Assembly (NCBI GenBank): GCA_963706575.1
Contig: CAVPNL010000015.1
Coordinates: 320,001 to 384,000 of the forward strand
Reading direction: 5' to 3'
DNA length: 64,000 bases
DNA from: an uncultured delta proteobacterium
GTDB lineage: Bacteria > Desulfobacterota > Desulfobacteria > Desulfobacterales > JAHEIW01
Part shown: piece after piece, positions 59,350-64,000 of the stretch
Position numbering within the stretch: the stretch's first letter is position 1
Layout: every line of letters starts with the position of its first letter
Position numbers and translations under genes: made by a program
Notes under the pieces: model-generated
The model's database searches: none
Seen by the model: the letters and a program-made list of their open reading frames with translations, nothing else
Told to the model about the DNA's origin: nothing

Positions 59350-59522
59350 AAAGCCTCCACTGAAATAGAAGAAGCCTGTTAATGGGATTCAGCGGAGGCT
59401 TTAAGCAAGGAAAACCCGGAAAGGCACTCCTTGAACTCGTCCAGGAATGTACCAGTAAAATCCAGGTGGGTCAACTCGGTATCTCAAAACGGTTTAGCCG
59501 TTAAATCAAAACAGATTAAGGT

Positions 59523-60875
59523 GTGAAGATGAAAAATCTGGTTTTTCGGGATCTATTTTTTTATTGGGTCATTGGGTGCCTGGCGCTCTTGCCGTTGGCT
59601 TCGAATGCAGACGATTCGATTGAAAATCTATCGTTAAAAGACACTATCGAAATGGCCATTGATGCCAATCTGAACCTGAAGCAATCCCGGGAAGAAGTCA
59701 AGGCGGCCGAAGAAACCCGCAAGGCGAGCATTACTCGGTTCCTGCCTACTTTCAGTACCTCCTATGACTATCTGCATCGCAATAAAGAACTGACCCAGGG
59801 GCTTACCGGAATTGGAGGGGGTCCAGAATTTATTGTCCGCCCCGATGATCAATATACCTTTGTAACCTCTTTTAACCAGCCGATATTCAGTGGATTTTCG
59901 CTGATTAACCAGTACAGGGTTGCGGATCTGGGTCTCGATGCGGCCGAATTCGGCGAAAAAGTCACCCGTCAGGATGTGATTCTGGATGCCAAGAATGCAT
60001 TTTACTCGGTCTTAAAAGCTGAAAAACTGATGGGGGTTTCCAAGCAGCGCGTCACTCAGATTGCCGCCCAAAAGGATGTGGCTGAAAATTTTTATGAGGT
60101 GGGAATGTCCCCGCTCAATGATCTGCTGGAGGCCCAGGCATCGCTGGCCAATGCCCGGCAGGATTTTATCGTGGCCCAAAACAATCTTGAGATCGCCAGA
60201 TCCCAGTTCAACACCATCCTGCGACGTCCGGTGAATGCGCCGGTGAAAATAGAGGACATCCTCGACTACTCACCCTTTGTCTATGATTTCGATTATTGTT
60301 TGGAAACAGCCAAAGAAAACCGTCTCGAAATTACACTTGCCGATCTGGAGGTCGAAATCGCCGAAAAAGAAGTCGCGCTGGCTAAAAAAGATTTTCTCCC
60401 TTCGGTCAATTTAAGGGGAAATTATACTCGCACCGGCGATGATTATAAAGCCAAGGGCGGGGAGGGCATTACCGATGCTGCCAGCTGGGAAATCCAGGCC
60501 GTCGCCGAATGGGAATTCTGGCAATGGGGTCGAACTCATTTTGGCGTAAGAGAAAAATTGCACCGCCTTTCCCAGGCTCAATATCGCCGATTGCAAATCC
60601 AGGACAACATTGAACTGGAGGTTAAGACATCATTTCTGCGGACCAAAGAAAGTGAAAAAAATATCATCACCGTCGAAAAGGCAATTGAGCAGGCCAAAGA
60701 GAACTTTCGAATAAACCAGGAACGCTTTAAAGAACAGGTGGCCACGACCACCGAGGTTCTGGACGCCCAGACCCTGCTGTCAAATACCCTCACCAATTAT
60801 TTTAAGGCCTTATATGATTTTAAGATTTCAAAAGCCACGTTGTTCCGTTCGATGGGCCAGGAAGTGATGGAATGA
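59523..60875 (+). CDS. TolC-family outer membrane protein
   Basis: Signal peptide; two OEP repeats (LSLKDTIEMA..N, FLP, PIFSG, EVLDAQ). Confidence 0.9.
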   Translation: MKMKNLVFRDLFFYWVIGCLALLPLASNADDSIENLSLKDTIEMAIDANLNLKQSREEVKAAEETRKASITRFLPTFSTSYDYLHRNKELTQGLTGIGGGPEFIVRPDDQYTFVTSFNQPIFSGFSLINQYRVADLGLDAAEFGEKVTRQDVILDAKNAFYSVLKAEKLMGVSKQRVTQIAAQKDVAENFYEVGMSPLNDLLEAQASLANARQDFIVAQNNLEIARSQFNTILRRPVNAPVKIEDILDYSPFVYDFDYCLETAKENRLEITLADLEVEIAEKEVALAKKDFLPSVNLRGNYTRTGDDYKAKGGEGITDAASWEIQAVAEWEFWQWGRTHFGVREKLHRLSQAQYRRLQIQDNIELEVKTSFLRTKESEKNIITVEKAIEQAKENFRINQERFKEQVATTTEVLDAQTLLSNTLTNYFKALYDFKISKATLFRSMGQEVME

Positions 60876-61588
60876 TTGAAGCAGATGCGAAACGCTCCAT
60901 AATTCGGATGTTCCATGTTCATCACAATTACGGTACCAAAAAGGCCCTGATTGATATTACCCTTGATATTTCTAAAAATGACTTTGTATTTATCACCGGT
61001 CCAAGCGGAGCGGGAAAAACTACCCTGCTAAAACTCCTGTATCTGGCCGAATCGGTGTCAGAAGGTCAGGTCCTGATAGACGGCATCAACCTTTCCCGCA
61101 TTCCTCGCAAACGCATCCCGTTTCTGCGCAGAAAATTCGGAATTATTTTCCAGGATTATAAGCTCATCGCCAGTCGAACCGTATTTGACAATGTCTCGCT
61201 TGTGCTGGCGGCCGCCGGCAAAAAAAGGCGGTTGATTCAAAAAAAAGTCAGAAGCGTGCTGCGGTTGGTCGGTATGGAGGATCGGCAAAACGCCTTCCCG
61301 CCAAGTTTGTCCGGTGGAGAACAGCAGCGGGTGGCCGTTGCCCGCGCCATCATCGGTGACCCCAAAATCATCCTGGCCGATGAGCCCACCGGAAGCCTGG
61401 ATGATGATTCCGCCAATATCATTATGGATTTGCTCAACGGCGTTCACATCAGGGGAACCACGGTTATCGTTGCAACCCATGACAACGATCTTATAAGAAA
61501 AACCGGTGGTCGGGTCCTGCTTTTAAAACAGGGACGATTGGAAGGATCGACGTTTACTGAAAAGCATTATGACGATTCTATTTTTTAA
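60872..61588 (+). CDS. ftsE: Cell division ATP-binding protein FtsE
   Basis: [36 protein letters not shown]; upstream of ftsX. Confidence 0.93.
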   Translation: MIEADAKRSIIRMFHVHHNYGTKKALIDITLDISKNDFVFITGPSGAGKTTLLKLLYLAESVSEGQVLIDGINLSRIPRKRIPFLRRKFGIIFQDYKLIASRTVFDNVSLVLAAAGKKRRLIQKKVRSVLRLVGMEDRQNAFPPSLSGGEQQRVAVARAIIGDPKIILADEPTGSLDDDSANIIMDLLNGVHIRGTTVIVATHDNDLIRKTGGRVLLLKQGRLEGSTFTEKHYDDSIF

Positions 61589-62450
61589 ACGGGCCGTAGA
61601 AGACTTTCGCAATAACCGGCTGCTCAATATCATTACCCTTTTGACCATTTCGCTATCGATTCTAATCGTCAGCGCATTTATTCTTTTTTTTATCAACACC
61701 AATGAGATTATGAATTTCTGGAAAAAAGGGTTGCGGGTTATGGCCTACCTGAAACCGGAATTGCCCGGCTCGCAATTGACGGATTTAAGCCGCAGGATTC
61801 AAAGCATTTCCGGTGTTGAAACCGTCCGGTTCGTTTCAAAAAAAGAGGCTTTCACCCAGCTAAAGGCACAGATGAAACGGCAGGCGTCATTATTTGACAA
61901 TCTGGCCGAAAATCCACTACCGGATGCGTTTGAAATCAGGATGACCGCCGCGACCCAGACCTGGGATAAGGTCGAATTTTTAGCGGCCGAAATTGAGGCC
62001 CTGGATGAGGTTCAAGAAGTAGAATATGGACAGCGGTGGCTGGGCCGCTACACGCATATTTTCAATCTGTTTAGATTAACCGGGTATGCCATGTGTGGCA
62101 TATTTTTTATGGCCGCCGTATTTATCGTGGCCAATACCATCCGGCTGGTCATCTATTCCCGGAGGGATGAAATAGAGATTATGCGGCTGGTGGGTGCTGC
62201 CGAACGCTTTATCAAAGTTCCGTTTTACTTTCAGGGCCTGCTGCAAGGCGCTCTCGGTGCAAGCATCGGTTTGGCCATATTATTTTCCGCTTATCTGGTG
62301 ATCGCATCCAACATCGAGCAGGAATGGTTTTCCGGCCTGTTTCAGATCCGGTTTCTGTCTCCGCTTATGTCAGGCGTCATCATTTTAATGAGTATGCTGG
62401 TCGGATGGTTTGGATCATACCTTTCCCTCAAGCAATATTTGAAAGCCTAG
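61569..62450 (+). CDS. ftsX: Cell division permease FtsX
   Basis: VSKKEA, ENPLPD, NTIRL...RRDEIEIMRLVGA...FIKVPF. Confidence 0.93.
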   Translation: MTILFFKRAVEDFRNNRLLNIITLLTISLSILIVSAFILFFINTNEIMNFWKKGLRVMAYLKPELPGSQLTDLSRRIQSISGVETVRFVSKKEAFTQLKAQMKRQASLFDNLAENPLPDAFEIRMTAATQTWDKVEFLAAEIEALDEVQEVEYGQRWLGRYTHIFNLFRLTGYAMCGIFFMAAVFIVANTIRLVIYSRRDEIEIMRLVGAAERFIKVPFYFQGLLQGALGASIGLAILFSAYLVIASNIEQEWFSGLFQIRFLSPLMSGVIILMSMLVGWFGSYLSLKQYLKA

Positions 62451-62644
62451 CAGCAAGGATCGAATTGAAAACCTCACGCAAAGCTGCAAAGTTCGCAAAG
62501 AGAAATGATTTTAGCGATAACATTTTAAGAATATCTTTGCGTGCGTGTTTTTTGGCGTCTTGGCGTGAGAATATGGTAAAATGAATTATATCATATAAAA
62601 CGATTGGCTAATTCCAGATGAAGGGCTAGTTTCACAAAGTTAAT

Positions 62645-63850
62645 ATGAGGTTCTGTAAAAAAAACAAGGCGATTCGCATTTTGCGCTTGGCGGCCGGCTG
62701 TTTTTTGATTTTTTCAGCCGGCTCTATTTTAAAGGCCCAGGATCAGCAACCCCGGATCGATGAATTTACAAAAAAGGCCCAGGATATCAACCGTGAAATC
62801 CAAAAAGGCAAGACCAAAATTCAAAAATTTTCACGCCGGGAAACCGATATTATTATGCGGTTAAATCAGGTTGATCAGGCTTTAAATCGATCTCGCAAAC
62901 GGATTGCCGGTTTAGAGCGTGAAATTAAAGTGCTCGAAAAAAAAATAACCGAAACCGCCGCAGTGTCTGAAGAACTGGTTAATCAGATAGGGACCAATGA
63001 GACATATGTCGCTAAGCGCCTGGTCGCCTTGTATAAATTAAACTGGCTGGGGAAATTCCACGTGCTGGCTTCGGCCCAGAGCCTGCAGGAATTGTTGAAG
63101 CGCAAAACAGCCCTCGAGCGAATCCTGGCCTACGATGAAATGGTTATCAGAGAGCTGGTGGACAATCGGCTGGATCTGGAAACTGTCCGATCCCGTCTGG
63201 AGACACACAGGAACGAAAAGCGCCGGCGAGCAGATGAGTACCAGCAACAAATCAAGCAGATAGCGGCTGAGCGCACACAGCGCGCCAAGCTGTTAGCCCA
63301 TGTACGCCAAAAAAAATCCGCCCAGCTGGCCGCCATTGAATCCCTGAAACTCGCGGCGCGGGATTTAGATGAGAAGATCAAAAATTTAGGTATCGAATCG
63401 GCGGCCACGACTCTGCAAAAATATACCGCCACCGAATCGTTTCAGGCATATAAAGGCTTGCTTAAAATGCCGGTAAAGGGTAAAATAGCAAGTCTTTTCG
63501 GTAAGTTTAAAAATACCCGCTATCAGGTTTTGAATTTTCGAAGCGGTATCGAGATTCAAACCGAAAGAGGCGAGCCGATAGCGGCGGTCTTTGCCGGTAA
63601 AATCCTTTACGCTGATTGGTTTAAAGGATACGGAAACATGATTATTATAGACCATGGGGAAAATTACTATACGGTATATGCCCATATTGAAGAAGCCTTT
63701 AAATCAACCGGGGATTCCGTCGAGGCAGGAGAAGTGATTGCGACCGTCGGCGATAGCGGCTCCATTACCGGCCCCAAACTTTATTTTGAGGTCCGCCACC
63801 ACGGAAAACCCCTGGACCCGCTGCAGTGGCTTGAGACCGCATCCAGTTAG
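62645..63850 (+). CDS. envC: EnvC-like murein hydrolase activator (coiled coil plus M23)
   Basis: Long coiled coil; PVKG, GYGNMIIIDHG, YAH, LYFEVR; follows ftsEX. Confidence 0.88.
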   Translation: MRFCKKNKAIRILRLAAGCFLIFSAGSILKAQDQQPRIDEFTKKAQDINREIQKGKTKIQKFSRRETDIIMRLNQVDQALNRSRKRIAGLEREIKVLEKKITETAAVSEELVNQIGTNETYVAKRLVALYKLNWLGKFHVLASAQSLQELLKRKTALERILAYDEMVIRELVDNRLDLETVRSRLETHRNEKRRRADEYQQQIKQIAAERTQRAKLLAHVRQKKSAQLAAIESLKLAARDLDEKIKNLGIESAATTLQKYTATESFQAYKGLLKMPVKGKIASLFGKFKNTRYQVLNFRSGIEIQTERGEPIAAVFAGKILYADWFKGYGNMIIIDHGENYYTVYAHIEEAFKSTGDSVEAGEVIATVGDSGSITGPKLYFEVRHHGKPLDPLQWLETASS

Positions 63851-63874
63851 AATATAATAATGAGGAGTAACTAA

Positions 63875-64000
63875 ATGAGATTAAAGAAGATCCAGCACGT
63901 AAAGCTTTGGATGATCATGGTAACAGCAGCTGTTTTTTGGACGATCGGAGCAGGCTTTTTTGGTGATCTCGCCGCCAAAAGTGAAGAGTCCTATGAGGGG
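63875..64000 (+). CDS. 5' end of a secreted protein, probably S41 carboxyl-terminal protease (truncated by window)
   Basis: GAGGAG RBS, signal-like MRLKKIQHVKLWMIMV...; identity inferred only from the usual ftsEX-envC-ctpA order. Confidence 0.55.
   Translation, partial: MRLKKIQHVKLWMIMVTAAVFWTIGAGFFGDLAAKSEESYEG

Overview
64 kb bacterial chromosomal segment. Gene content and the sigma54/IHF promoter style suggest a Desulfobacterota (Desulfobacterales-like) anaerobe; this is inferred, not searched. About 60 CDSs; no rRNA, tRNA, CRISPR array, integrase or transposase was recognised. The right end is housekeeping (amrS-type radical SAM, DEAD-box helicase, two moeA, uppP, dnaJ, queD, pyrE, tolC-ftsEX-envC, start of a probable ctpA). 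The middle (~15-40 kb) is accessory. It holds (i) a GC-richer mutagenesis cassette lexA-DUF72-inactive Y-family polymerase-dnaE2 without imuA, whose promoter carries three 12-bp-spaced TTTACATT repeats; (ii) a tightly coupled, TetR-led operon encoding an AdoMetDC-like enzyme, a GNAT, an ATP-grasp ligase and a fold-III PLP decarboxylase, a candidate undescribed polyamine/aminoacyl-amine pathway; (iii) an EHD/dynamin-like NTPase; (iv) a DNase I-like nuclease bracketed by inverted ERIC-like elements; (v) a soluble fusion of the MotA cytoplasmic domain and the FliG C-terminal domain, with no flagellar genes nearby; (vi) a candidate sigma54-driven ~75-nt sRNA carrying an anti-SD/anti-start-codon seed; and (vii) a cstA-small protein-ArsA-like ATPase module. 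Intergenic DNA is dense in several palindromic repeat families, including a MITE nested in a dRS3-like REP with a 4-bp target duplication. Four genes are split by single small indels, probably assembly errors. All family names come from motif recognition by eye; no database searches were run.
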